Assembly (NCBI GenBank): GCA_043803945.1 | Contig: JAZDJN010000035.1 | Coordinates: forward strand, 58,324 to 122,323 | Source: a bacterium | GTDB lineage: Bacteria; Bacteroidota; Ignavibacteria; UBA10030 | DNA: 64,000 bases | Reading direction: 5' to 3' | Part shown: piece by piece, positions 40,450-50,076 of the stretch | How the letters are laid out: every line of letters begins with the position of its first letter | How positions within the stretch are numbered: the stretch's first letter is position 1 | Notes under the pieces: generated by a model | The model's input: only the letters and a program-made list of their open reading frames with translations | Told to the model about the DNA's origin: nothing | Databases searched by the model: none | Translations under genes and position numbers: made by a program

Positions 40450-41875
40450 ACGGCAATCCTTCACCTTTCTTAAATATCATAGTGTCGCTCTCGCAGGTGT
40501 CCCTGAACCCAATCTTCTCCAACACCAAGCGAACATCAAAGGGCAATGTCTCCCTACCGTTTAACCGGTCTGGATGCAGATAATCGACCTTTATCATCAT
40601 TCGCTTATTCAGGATCTCGATAAACGTGTCGAACTTGAACGGTTCATCAAATTCTAATGCGGTTTCACGAATTACATCCACAACCTCATTCTGCAATCCC
40701 AGCGACATGTTGACATCCATCTCTCTATTAATAGACTGTCTCAGAAAGTCGACGTGTGCCTTGAACGTCATATCTTTGTGATAATGCGTTCTGATATACT
40801 CTCTCGTGGGCTCTATCTTGCGTAGGGCTGCAGGGTAATCCTTCTCAATCTCTGCAAGCCACATGTAGGCTTCATCCATCGAACGATAAATAAATGGGTA
40901 ATTTTTCGGAATCATTTCCCATACATACTTACGATCGGGGAACACTCCAATCAGTCCAAGATAAAGCTGCTCAACAATGAAATTAGAGGCATTTTCTCCC
41001 TCAGACGTTACAATGAATGCATGGCACTTGGATGCTTCTTCGAAATACTTCTGGCGGGGACAACTGGTGTAAAGATACTTGATACACCCCTGCAAGAATT
41101 CAGTCATAAACTTCTTCTTCTCGAGCGTCCCATCAGGATTGGGTGTTGTCATAATAATGTCAATTGGACGACCAGACGAATAGAACCGATCATAAAGCTC
41201 GAATACCTTCTCGACCCTCTTAACGCTGTTAAACCGTGTTCCGTAAAACAGTGTGAACTTTTCATGCTTCTTGTTCTTCTTCAACAGCATGTCAAAGTAG
41301 TCAATCTCCAATCCGACGGTGAGCTTCAAGGTCTTTTCGTCAAATAGATTACACAGGTCTGGAGATAAATACTTCCTAACCAGGTCTTGCGTGTTCGCAT
41401 ATGATTCGTCACCGTAAATGATGGAATCGCAAACCACCAATGACATTGCATAAACCGCATCATACAAGTCCCTCTCCTTTGCGAACTCTACCAATACCGG
41501 CTGACGGAATACTACAGGATACTTATACCTTCGTTTGTTGTGAATTGCCGCATGCTTCCAGAACATCCCGACGTGATGCCGGGATGTGAACATTCCGTCT
41601 GTTATGATTCTTCCGCTGGCCCAATTAAACATCTTCCAGAAATCAATCGACGTTACATGCTCGTTGGTGTTGAATCCACGACTCTCCGGAATGCCGATGA
41701 TCTTCGTGCGTGGCATCTCTTCAACCTTGTCCTTGAAGTGTTCCGGCACAACGAAATAGAAATACATATCGTCATAGAATTTCGTGGCAACATCAATCAT
41801 CTTCTTGTATCCGTAATAGTCGCTGTCAGCGTGAATGTTGCTCAACCCGATGTTTGGTAACAATACTATTCTCAT
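40442..41875 (-). CDS. GT-B fold glycosyltransferase
   Basis: TLFYGTRFNSVKRVE and YFEEASKCHAFIVTSEGENASNFIVEQLYLG (E-x7-E motif of GT4-like enzymes). Confidence 0.75.
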   Translation of the reverse strand: MRIVLLPNIGLSNIHADSDYYGYKKMIDVATKFYDDMYFYFVVPEHFKDKVEEMPRTKIIGIPESRGFNTNEHVTSIDFWKMFNWASGRIITDGMFTSRHHVGMFWKHAAIHNKRRYKYPVVFRQPVLVEFAKERDLYDAVYAMSLVVCDSIIYGDESYANTQDLVRKYLSPDLCNLFDEKTLKLTVGLEIDYFDMLLKKNKKHEKFTLFYGTRFNSVKRVEKVFELYDRFYSSGRPIDIIMTTPNPDGTLEKKKFMTEFLQGCIKYLYTSCPRQKYFEEASKCHAFIVTSEGENASNFIVEQLYLGLIGVFPDRKYVWEMIPKNYPFIYRSMDEAYMWLAEIEKDYPAALRKIEPTREYIRTHYHKDMTFKAHVDFLRQSINREMDVNMSLGLQNEVVDVIRETALEFDEPFKFDTFIEILNKRMMIKVDYLHPDRLNGRETLPFDVRLVLEKIGFRDTCESDTMIFKKGEGLPYE

Positions 41876-42546
41876 AGCTTCACCAGCTTTATCACTTCAA
41901 ATGCCTCTGCATAATGGCGGCCAACCTGCATGCCCCTAAACTGAGCAAGGATTCTTATTCCCTCACTGCTTCTGGGGAATGGATACTCCATAACCTCTGT
42001 GTAATATTCTTCCATCGCTTCAATCTTGATCTGGACATCTTTCTCTTGCAGCGTGACAAAATAATTTGGAGAAAACTGGCGACCCTGCATAGCCCCGGAG
42101 ATCAATTCTGTTGAAGAGAGAATTTCGTAGGCATATGCCGCAATCAAATACGGAGACTTGAATGACCGAATGGCTACTACTGTCGCCTCAAACACAGCTC
42201 GATGGTCTTGGTTCACATCACCATGATGGTGAGTGTAAACAATCTCTGGCTGATACTCTGAGAACACCCTTTCGATGGGGCGAACGGTATCTACTAAGCA
42301 CCGGTCTAAATATTTATCCGGCTGATTACCATGGTCAATTCTGGAAACACCCAGTTTCTCTGCTACCCGCTTTGCTTGTTGATTGAGCATGGATACCGTC
42401 TCGACATCAACCCTGCCATCGAAGGTTCGATCGCTTACATTGAGAACTATTACTTCATCACCTTGAGATACGTGGCGCTGGATAGTCCCTCCAACTCCAA
42501 GTACTTCATCGTCCAGGTGCGCTGCAATAACAAGAACTCTGCTCAT
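41872..42546 (-). CDS. PIG-L/LmbE-family N-acetylsugar deacetylase
   Basis: VIAAHLDDEVLGVGGTI, YTHHHGDVNQDH, FRG..VG..YAEAF; ATG at 42546 with RBS. Confidence 0.9.
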   Translation of the reverse strand: MSRVLVIAAHLDDEVLGVGGTIQRHVSQGDEVIVLNVSDRTFDGRVDVETVSMLNQQAKRVAEKLGVSRIDHGNQPDKYLDRCLVDTVRPIERVFSEYQPEIVYTHHHGDVNQDHRAVFEATVVAIRSFKSPYLIAAYAYEILSSTELISGAMQGRQFSPNYFVTLQEKDVQIKIEAMEEYYTEVMEYPFPRSSEGIRILAQFRGMQVGRHYAEAFEVIKLVKL

Positions 42547-42553
42547 TATCCTC

Positions 42554-42799
42554 TTATCTGATTTGGTCAAACTCCAGATTGCGAATACCTTCAAGGTCTG
42601 GCTGTGTCATATACGCAATCACTTGAAGCATCTCCATGTCTGCATGAATCAATTTGTCGACGGTTTCCTGAGTAACACTGAACACCCTTTGATGCTTTCT
42701 CCACAGAATGTCCTTCCTCCTTCGATATTCAAACGAAAACCTGTAAACGCCTTTGCCTCTACTTCCAGGCGCGTCAGGACTAACTAACTTGCCCATCAT
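42554..42799 (-). CDS. Hypothetical protein in the modification operon
   Basis: 81 aa; fills the gap between wbqC-like and PIG-L genes and overlaps the wbqC-like stop. Confidence 0.5.
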   Translation of the reverse strand: MMGKLVSPDAPGSRGKGVYRFSFEYRRRKDILWRKHQRVFSVTQETVDKLIHADMEMLQVIAYMTQPDLEGIRNLEFDQIR

Positions 42800-43499
42800 T
42801 CACTCCTAAGTATTGTTTGACTTTCGGACCAACTCGGAACAGAGCATCAAGAATCGAGAGATTCCTCTCTTCGTGAGACTCTGTATAAAACGGCTCAATA
42901 AATTCGCAAGAATCTATCTGGATATTGTTCTTCGCAAACTCTTCTGTATGCAGATAGGTAATCAATGCACTTTTCCCGCACACATAGACATCACCATTTA
43001 CACTCTTTGTTAACTCCATCATCCACTTGCTGGGGCTATCGACTAACGGCTCCATCAAGGAACAATCCACCAACGTGTACTGTGGAGTGACCCCAAGATA
43101 TTTGGAGGCCAGCAACATCGAATGACGGGAGAACGCAGCAAGTGTGGCTGGCTTCAAGTTGTAAACCTCTTCAATAACCGGCATGATCTCCTTGAAATAT
43201 GGGGTCTTGCTGTAGTTCATCTGGAACGTCTTGAGATGTTTCTCTACCCATCGCTGGCTATAATCAATCTGGGCATCCCTGATCGTCAGTTCTCTGTCTC
43301 CGCTGTGCTTAATAGGAATCACCAGTGGAAATTTTTCCCCGCTAACCATTATCTCGATATGACGAAACGACCGGCCACTGTTGCGAGTAAACTGTGCTGA
43401 CGACAAGATGATCGAATACTTGCAAGACAGAATCCGAGCAAACAGATACATTGGCGGAAACGGACACGGCTGATTTATCGTAACTCTTGTTTGAATCAT
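42780..43499 (-). CDS. WbqC-family protein
   Basis: INQPCPFP...AQF...R..I, WVEKHLKTFQMNYSKTPYF and NLSILDALFRVG. Confidence 0.85.
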   Translation of the reverse strand: MIQTRVTINQPCPFPPMYLFARILSCKYSIILSSAQFTRNSGRSFRHIEIMVSGEKFPLVIPIKHSGDRELTIRDAQIDYSQRWVEKHLKTFQMNYSKTPYFKEIMPVIEEVYNLKPATLAAFSRHSMLLASKYLGVTPQYTLVDCSLMEPLVDSPSKWMMELTKSVNGDVYVCGKSALITYLHTEEFAKNNIQIDSCEFIEPFYTESHEERNLSILDALFRVGPKVKQYLGVNDGQVS

Positions 43500-43544
43500 T
43501 ACTCTATCTGTTCATTATGTTGATCATTCAGTTGAAAAAATTTA

Positions 43545-44255
43545 CTACTCGTCTGCCGGCTTCTTCTCTTTCATCTTCTTCAAAAGATTGTGAGCTTCCC
43601 AAAACTCTTCCATGCCAAGTTCCGGATCGATCTTCCCATGCTTCTTGAACATCAATACCCGTGTAAGGATGCCGACCATCTCACCGCCAAATCTCCGGTC
43701 AATCAATTCCCACCTGCCTTCAGCTCGAAACTGATTGCCAAGAGATGTATGAAAATCTACTGCCCACGATGGTATCGGTTCTGGCACAATCTTCTTATTG
43801 CTGTCCATCACACATCGCTTCTCCACATTCAGCAATTCCCTAATAACTTCAACACCGAGAGGATCTTCCCAACCCTTCGTGCATCGGCAGAGGTAGGCAT
43901 TAACGAAATAGAAATGATTCCAGATATCCGGAACATTCTTTTCTGTCATTATCAATAACGATGCTGTAAGATTCATCGCTCGATCGTCCCAGCAATCTTC
44001 ACCGGCAAATACCGCCATTCGCATCGCGATGTAATAATTGTTCATCGTGTTCGACATGACGTTAAGCCAGTACATCGAATCCTGTAATCGGCCCAGCCTG
44101 AGAGCTTTTATCCAAGCTGATACACAGTCTTTTGATCCCTTCTTATCGTCTTGACCAGTTGTCTCTGTCATGTCCGTAAACTCCTCTTCTCCAGCTTTGA
44201 CAGCTCGGCTCCCACCGAACATATCGTCTTGTTCACCACTACGCTTTCGTCCCAT
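43545..44255 (-). CDS. Stand-alone MgsA/RarA C-terminal-like helical domain protein, no ATPase
   Basis: VSAWIKALRLG...MYWL, RMAVFAGED, YLCRCTK and IPSWAVDFHT; no Walker A. Confidence 0.6.
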   Translation of the reverse strand: MGRKRSGEQDDMFGGSRAVKAGEEEFTDMTETTGQDDKKGSKDCVSAWIKALRLGRLQDSMYWLNVMSNTMNNYYIAMRMAVFAGEDCWDDRAMNLTASLLIMTEKNVPDIWNHFYFVNAYLCRCTKGWEDPLGVEVIRELLNVEKRCVMDSNKKIVPEPIPSWAVDFHTSLGNQFRAEGRWELIDRRFGGEMVGILTRVLMFKKHGKIDPELGMEEFWEAHNLLKKMKEKKPADE

Positions 44256-44323
44256 TGTCCCTCGTTCTGTTTTGTGTTATGATAGTAATGATAACTATTA
44301 TAGTGTGAGATGGTAAGCTCTTG

Positions 44324-45214
44324 TCAGTTTATATTTCTACGCATCTCATACAACAGCCTGCCTTGATACATCATTACACGCTTGATACGATTAACTGGCA
44401 TCATCGCGACTATCTCTGCAGCATTTAGGCGACCTGCGACATCAACAAGCCGGTAATACATATGCTTGCCAAACCCGTTGAGTTCTGGTTCGTAAAACCC
44501 ACTGAGGAAAGTTACCCTGCGTTCAATCATATCATCAAGCAAGAACATGATGCCTACCTTCTTGTCCTTCCCATAGAATGTGACAACCCTCAATGCTGAG
44601 ATCCGCTTCAGGTATCCAAGCACTCCAACGAACGATGCAAGGAAGTCCTCATTCTCAAATCTGGATTCCGCACCCAACCGGCCAAACGCTAATCGCTTCA
44701 ACAGGCTGATATCTTCCAACGTGAAGACACCTTTCACGTTGTAGCCAATCGTTTTCTCGTACTTCAGTGCTTCATCTATGATCTGCTTGTCCTTCTTCGA
44801 TTCTTGGAACAAACCAACATACCACGACAACGTCGATCTGCTGGGCAAAGGAAGAAATGCCTGCCTGTCTTCCATTTCCGACATCCCAGGCAATGCATCA
44901 AGGCTATACTCGAGCATTAACTTGTTGTTCTCCAGCCATTCATGCATTCGCAGAAAAGATTCTTCCGATACCGGAAGACGATATCCTTCTCCCCAATACT
45001 GGCCAAGCACCTCCACCCTGTCCTTTATCCGACATAGAGGCAAAATTCCGTGAGGTCTGCTGCCAATAGAAACTACCAGCGCGAATACCTCTGTGAACGC
45101 AGGGGACAGCCCTGCTAACTTATATTCAATTCGATCAACTAATGCTCGTGACTTGTTCAGGCTCTCATACGCAGTCTTTATCCAAGCTAAATCCAACGTC
45201 TCAAATACCTTCAT
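44324..45214 (-). CDS. GNAT/FemABX-like acyltransferase, paralog B
   Basis: 296 aa from ATG 45214; LVDRIEYKL, GILPLC and FLSGFY...GFGKHMY; collinear with 45201-46076. Confidence 0.6.
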   Translation of the reverse strand: MKVFETLDLAWIKTAYESLNKSRALVDRIEYKLAGLSPAFTEVFALVVSIGSRPHGILPLCRIKDRVEVLGQYWGEGYRLPVSEESFLRMHEWLENNKLMLEYSLDALPGMSEMEDRQAFLPLPSRSTLSWYVGLFQESKKDKQIIDEALKYEKTIGYNVKGVFTLEDISLLKRLAFGRLGAESRFENEDFLASFVGVLGYLKRISALRVVTFYGKDKKVGIMFLLDDMIERRVTFLSGFYEPELNGFGKHMYYRLVDVAGRLNAAEIVAMMPVNRIKRVMMYQGRLLYEMRRNIN

Positions 45215-46076
45215 ACAGCCTCTCATAGCAATACATTGGAACACCGGTGAATTGCATGTCACTTTTAACACGATACATCGGGGACATGGCTGAGACCTTG
45301 CTGCAACCAAGCGTGCAGGCGATATCAACGTACGTTATATACATATACTTGCCGAAATTATTATGACCACTGTCAAAGAATCCCAGCAAGAATGTCAAAC
45401 TCCCGTCAATGCGATCATGGCTCAAAAATGCCACACCGACATTCTGTGCCTTAATCGTGTAGTTCACTACAACCAACGACTTAACAGATGTCAAATACCT
45501 GCATAAACCCAGGAACGATTCTGCACGATCAGATTCGGTAATCCTGGAGTTCGCTCCTAACCGTTCCCGGCTGAACAATACCAATCGTTCAAAATCCTCT
45601 TCGTCAAATCCGTATTTCACACCAAAGTCTGCAACCTCATAATATACTGCCGCCTTCTTCAAGTCCCTGCGAGCGTCTGACCGATTGAACATATGCAAAT
45701 AGTCAGACATTCGAGAAAACGAAACAACAGACGATTCAACAGGCATCTGCCTCATACCTGGACGATTCTCTCTACAGTATTGGATAGCTACGGGACACTC
45801 TAACCGCTCCTGCATTTCATTCCATACTTCATTTGAGAATGGTAGAACATACCCCTCTGCCCAAAACTGTCCAATCATCTCCGTCCGACCACGAAACTTG
45901 CACAGGGGAAGCATGCCAATCATTTTGTCGTTCTCTAAGGCAACAAGTGCATGAATATCCGTAAATGACTTCGACAAGGTTGACAGCTTGTATTCAATTC
46001 TATCAACAAGACGACCTTCATCTTTGCCGGCAAATCTTCTGATTGCCTCTGCATCAAGTATAGTCTCAATCGTCAT
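45201..46076 (-). CDS. GNAT/FemABX-like acyltransferase, paralog A
   Basis: LVDRIEYKL, GMLPLC, DYL...ARRDLKKA and FLLGFFD...FGKYMY: two-lobed Acetyltransf_6-type layout. Confidence 0.6.
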   Translation of the reverse strand: MTIETILDAEAIRRFAGKDEGRLVDRIEYKLSTLSKSFTDIHALVALENDKMIGMLPLCKFRGRTEMIGQFWAEGYVLPFSNEVWNEMQERLECPVAIQYCRENRPGMRQMPVESSVVSFSRMSDYLHMFNRSDARRDLKKAAVYYEVADFGVKYGFDEEDFERLVLFSRERLGANSRITESDRAESFLGLCRYLTSVKSLVVVNYTIKAQNVGVAFLSHDRIDGSLTFLLGFFDSGHNNFGKYMYITYVDIACTLGCSKVSAMSPMYRVKSDMQFTGVPMYCYERLYEGI

Positions 46077-47335
46077 ATCAAACCCACTCTCTGCAGAAAC
46101 GGCAATTCATCTTTCACACGTTCTCCGATGTCTGTCCGATAAACTTTGTCTTGGAACGATACCTTCTCTGCACCACTGAGCATATTGAAACGAGCTTCAT
46201 CTATGGTGTTTCCATTGCCGACAACACACATTACCCAGGGATGAGCGACAAACAGCTTGCTGTCCCTCGCTGTGACGTCTCCAAAGGTGTGATGGCAATT
46301 CAATTTGTCATATCCACGAATCTCCGAACCTAGCTGACACAGATTAGGGAACAACTCATGATACCCATATCCACACACAACAAGGTTCGCTCCTACTGCA
46401 TATTCCTTCGTGTGAACTAAAAGTGTTTCATCCATCTTCCCGTTAGCTACACTGAGCAAAAACTCTCCATAAGCTCCACCAGACCATTTGAGCAATGACG
46501 TCATTATGTCGGTAATCGGGACTCCGAACCGGCAAGTGAATTCTAGCGCATACACAAGACCGAACTCATCGACGATACAGTTGACATCAATCAATCCTCT
46601 GTAGTTCTCGAGATACCGTGACGCTTCTTTGGACTGCAATAGAGAATCCATCAATTCCTTCACGCTCGGTGTCGGGGAGTAAACCGCTACCGTCCCCATC
46701 TCTGGGACAAGTATCCCCATGTTACCATTGAACATATGCTTATGCTCGAAGTTGGTGACAGTCGGAACAAATCGTTCACCATCGTAGTATGCTGAGAATG
46801 CAACCTCAACACCGCACACCCTTTCTTCTAAAACAACTCTGCCATCCTTAGCATCTCTCAGAAAGCGAATTGCATCATTGGTGTCGTTAAACACCGCTGT
46901 TCGCATTGGACGATTCGTTGTGCTAAATTTCACAACCACACTTTTCATCTCTCCGGATTCAAGATATCGAATAGCATCTGCGCTCGATTCAAATACCATC
47001 CACTTCGGACATTTAAACCCGCTCTCTGAAAATATCTTACGACCGACATTCTTCTCTTCCATCTGGAAACCAACTACTCCTGAACCTACCGTCGGGATTC
47101 CTCTTGCTCTGAACTCTTCGACAATACCACAAGTGTTGGTGTACGTATTGCACGACACAACAAGGTCCCACTTCTTATCCAACACGTTGCTATAGTTGGG
47201 AAGAAATCCAAGCGTACTACCCCAGCGAGAAGTGCCATAATGGTCATTCGTCGCAAATATGTCATGACCCTCGTGAGTCAACACCTGGGCAAGTGCATCC
47301 GAAATATTTCCATGATCGAGCAACAATATTCTCAT
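46073..47335 (-). CDS. PurD-like ATP-grasp amine-carboxylate ligase
   Basis: VVLEERVCGVE, EHKHMFNGNMG..EMG, LEFTCRFGVP and YRTDIG follow GAR-synthetase motifs but are divergent (no GLAAGKGV loop). Confidence 0.8.
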   Translation of the reverse strand: MRILLLDHGNISDALAQVLTHEGHDIFATNDHYGTSRWGSTLGFLPNYSNVLDKKWDLVVSCNTYTNTCGIVEEFRARGIPTVGSGVVGFQMEEKNVGRKIFSESGFKCPKWMVFESSADAIRYLESGEMKSVVVKFSTTNRPMRTAVFNDTNDAIRFLRDAKDGRVVLEERVCGVEVAFSAYYDGERFVPTVTNFEHKHMFNGNMGILVPEMGTVAVYSPTPSVKELMDSLLQSKEASRYLENYRGLIDVNCIVDEFGLVYALEFTCRFGVPITDIMTSLLKWSGGAYGEFLLSVANGKMDETLLVHTKEYAVGANLVVCGYGYHELFPNLCQLGSEIRGYDKLNCHHTFGDVTARDSKLFVAHPWVMCVVGNGNTIDEARFNMLSGAEKVSFQDKVYRTDIGERVKDELPFLQRVGLI

Positions 47336-47339
47336 CCAG

Positions 47340-47990
47340 TTACCTCAACAATGTCAAAGTCTCAAAACCGTGAACGTGCGAATGGTCGAGACGAACTCTG
47401 TCTGTAAGGTCAAGCGCCATCTCCAGCATGTGCTTCGGACAGGGTAGATGCCATCTGTCGAGACGTGCACCTGTCCGATGAGCCATACCATAACTATTGA
47501 AGTTCAACACACACGCAACCTTGCAGAGATCGAACATCTTCTCTAATCTGTTCCATACCCATTCGTACGGATTCTCCGATACCAATGCATAGGACAACAA
47601 CCCGCTTGAAAATACGAAATCACAGTTTTCACCACCGAAGTCCAAAATATCTCCGTGATAGTACAACGCATCAGGAAACTCTGCCTTACCAACATCAAGC
47701 AGCTCCTTGCAGAGATCCACACAAACATATCGAGACACCTTAACTTTATCTTTGACGAATCCATACAAATCCATTCGCCCTCCACCTGCATCAAGTATAC
47801 TGCAGCCATCGAACAACTCTACCTGTTTGACTAACTCTGAGATCAGGTGAAATTGGAATCCACTGTTGGGCCATACTACCGCATCAATACTGCGAGCTCC
47901 ATATTGGGCTATCATGTTTTTATGAAACTCTGCAGGATGAACAAAACTTTCCATAGAATATTGAGTTGAATATGGGATGTTGAACAGCAC
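47340..47990 (-). CDS. Class I SAM-dependent methyltransferase
   Basis: SILDAGGG..DLY, VCVDLC and DFVFSSGLLSY. Confidence 0.85.
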   Translation of the reverse strand: MLFNIPYSTQYSMESFVHPAEFHKNMIAQYGARSIDAVVWPNSGFQFHLISELVKQVELFDGCSILDAGGGRMDLYGFVKDKVKVSRYVCVDLCKELLDVGKAEFPDALYYHGDILDFGGENCDFVFSSGLLSYALVSENPYEWVWNRLEKMFDLCKVACVLNFNSYGMAHRTGARLDRWHLPCPKHMLEMALDLTDRVRLDHSHVHGFETLTLLR

Positions 47991-48050
47991 TGAAGACTCT
48001 GAGGATTCGATAGGAGCCGCCAGAGAGCGACAGCGTTATGAAGGGATTAA

Positions 48051-48518
48051 TCAAGCTGCATTTGCTTTATTGAAATCAATGTTGAGCTGGTCTGCACACA
48101 CATAACCGAACTTCCTCACAGACTCACGCCACAAACCATGCCGGGAAACGATGGCCGCAAATTCTTCTATGTCGTGATCGAGAATAACAGGATTACCTTT
48201 ATCGTCAAGGGAGGCATGGCATAGTTCATGGTCAACGAGCGCAATCCGTTCTTTATCAGTAAGCACAATCCATTGCTTGTAGCTTACCTCCATCACGAAT
48301 TGATAGCCGGTAATAAATTCGTCCTTCTTACTCTTCTTCGACATCGAAGCCCATTCCTGCATCTTCCCATCGTTGAACAGATAGAAAATCGGAATATCAT
48401 TCAAGTGCTGATGATGTTCCTTTATCAGTACTTGGGCTATTTCAGCAACAGCCTGAGCTTCAAAATATCTGGGCTTTACTTCTTCTTTCTTTTTCTCTGT
48501 ATCTTTCTTCTCTGCCAT
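48051..48518 (-). CDS. Putative phage metallopeptidase
   Basis: ALVDHELCH...HDIEEF.AIV.RHGLW signature; start uncertain (48518, 48557 or 48593). Confidence 0.8.
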   Translation of the reverse strand: MAEKKDTEKKKEEVKPRYFEAQAVAEIAQVLIKEHHQHLNDIPIFYLFNDGKMQEWASMSKKSKKDEFITGYQFVMEVSYKQWIVLTDKERIALVDHELCHASLDDKGNPVILDHDIEEFAAIVSRHGLWRESVRKFGYVCADQLNIDFNKANAA

Positions 48519-48626
48519 CGTATCTTCGTTAGTGCTGTAGTATGGTGTGTCCTTCATTGTCAATTTATGGTATGATATATTGAATGTCAACAATAAATGT
48601 ATAGAATATTGAACCTTTTACCCACA

Positions 48627-49445
48627 CTACTCCACATTGATAAAGATGCGATTTCCACTCACAACGACCTTCTCGGTGGTGATATACACCCCCTTAATCT
48701 CTCTGCCCCTTTGTGCAGGCTCTGCGGTCGCGATCATTTCATACCAGCCGGACAATCCGATCTTTTTCGTAGCCTCAGTTAAAGAGACCTCAGTCTTGCC
48801 CTTCTCGTTTGAATTGGCTATCGACACGACTTCCCGATCTGTCCTTTCTTGTTCTTGATTGCGGGCAGAGGTTCCGCTTTTCTCATCGACACTGTATTTG
48901 GCATCAACAACAAAACCACCCTTTGCATTGTGAGGTGAATTGTATCGCGTATCTCCCTGCTCATTCAAGGACTTCACAAGATCCACCCTTGTCAAATCGA
49001 GCAATCCCAGCAGCTTCGCCTTTGTCTTGTTCCACCCCTTGCCTTGCACATCGACATAGGGAATGATAATTTCCAGCTTAGAGATGCTTCGACCGGCTAC
49101 TTCGCTTTCTGTGAACGCTCCAGACTCGATATACACCTCAAATATTTTGATGTATCGATATGCCGTCGCTCTCTCGATGTCAACATCCGAGTTCTCGGTC
49201 CATTCACTAAAAGAATTGAATCCCAACACCTTATACCAACGATTGTCCCGAATATTCTTCAATCGCCTTCCCAGACTGAAGAACAACAACAAGATGTTTT
49301 GCTTCTCATCCAGAATCCTCCTCTCTTCATCAAAAGCCTGCTTAATCTCCTTCTTCGATAACACTGAGCCAACATCTTCTGTGCTTACATTATCCAGCGG
49401 ATGTACTCCAGCTACCTTGCTAATTTCTTTGGTTGTCTGAACCAT
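48627..49445 (-). CDS. Phage DNA-binding protein (DUF3102-like with HTH)
   Basis: LGRRLKNIRD.RWY...GFNSFSEW...IERATAYRYIKIFE. Confidence 0.6.
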   Translation of the reverse strand: MVQTTKEISKVAGVHPLDNVSTEDVGSVLSKKEIKQAFDEERRILDEKQNILLLFFSLGRRLKNIRDNRWYKVLGFNSFSEWTENSDVDIERATAYRYIKIFEVYIESGAFTESEVAGRSISKLEIIIPYVDVQGKGWNKTKAKLLGLLDLTRVDLVKSLNEQGDTRYNSPHNAKGGFVVDAKYSVDEKSGTSARNQEQERTDREVVSIANSNEKGKTEVSLTEATKKIGLSGWYEMIATAEPAQRGREIKGVYITTEKVVVSGNRIFINVE

Positions 49446-49737
49446 CTAATTGCTTCCTTTCGGCATAAAGAATGTGATACAACTTGCTAAACGAATCGAA
49501 ATCAACTGCATGCTTTTTCTCAAACTTCTTGCGTCCCAGCCTTTCCACTTCTCTGTGATGATCTACACAGAGAGGAACAAGTTTCTGATCTGTCGCCTTG
49601 TGGCCTGTGCCGCGTCCATCAGACTGATTACCGTAATGATGAGCCTGACCTGGCATCCCATCGACTATACAAGGCTTACCGCTGACAAATATCAAATACT
49701 CTTTGTCCCTGAATCCAACAATCTCTTTAGTCTTCAA
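49420..49737 (-). CDS. DUF968 / HNH-like Zn-binding protein
   Basis: YL.FV...PCIV.G...AHH...G.G.K..D...VPLC..HH. Confidence 0.7.
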   Translation of the reverse strand: MKTKEIVGFRDKEYLIFVSGKPCIVDGMPGQAHHYGNQSDGRGTGHKATDQKLVPLCVDHHREVERLGRKKFEKKHAVDFDSFSKLYHILYAERKQLDGSDNQRN

Positions 49738-50068
49738 TATTCACACACTCGTGACAACGGATCTTCACTGCTCCATCCGCATCCCTGATAATATCAAATG
49801 CTTTATCGTTACCTCTTACCTTCGTGAGAAGGTATCCAAGGCTGTTTGCCATGTGAATACCTGCCCATAAAAAGCTATCGCCATCTCCATCGCAATATGT
49901 CCATACAAACAAATCCGGATTTGCAGCAATGGATTTAGGCAGTTCTGCTGCTTCTAGCAATGCATCGATAATACTAAACACGCCTGTTTCAGGCATGTAA
50001 AACTGTCCAGATCGAAGAAGCACACCTGCTTCAGCATAAAATGATTTATCATCCTTAATGTCCATCAT
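49727..50068 (-). CDS. Hypothetical phage protein
   Basis: 113 aa, tightly packed in the operon. Confidence 0.55.
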   Translation of the reverse strand: MMDIKDDKSFYAEAGVLLRSGQFYMPETGVFSIIDALLEAAELPKSIAANPDLFVWTYCDGDGDSFLWAGIHMANSLGYLLTKVRGNDKAFDIIRDADGAVKIRCHECVNIED

Positions 50069-50076
50069 TCACTCCG

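Noticed and set aside
40442-43499. Ordinary host O-antigen/LPS locus
   Set aside because: No wzx, wzy, wzz or sugar-nucleotide genes; translationally coupled to ParB next to terminase. Not fully excluded.
46073-47335. Housekeeping purD / purine auxiliary gene
   Set aside because: Lacks the conserved GxGGREHA and GLAAGKGV segments, has no pur neighbours, and is coupled to GNAT and MTase genes.
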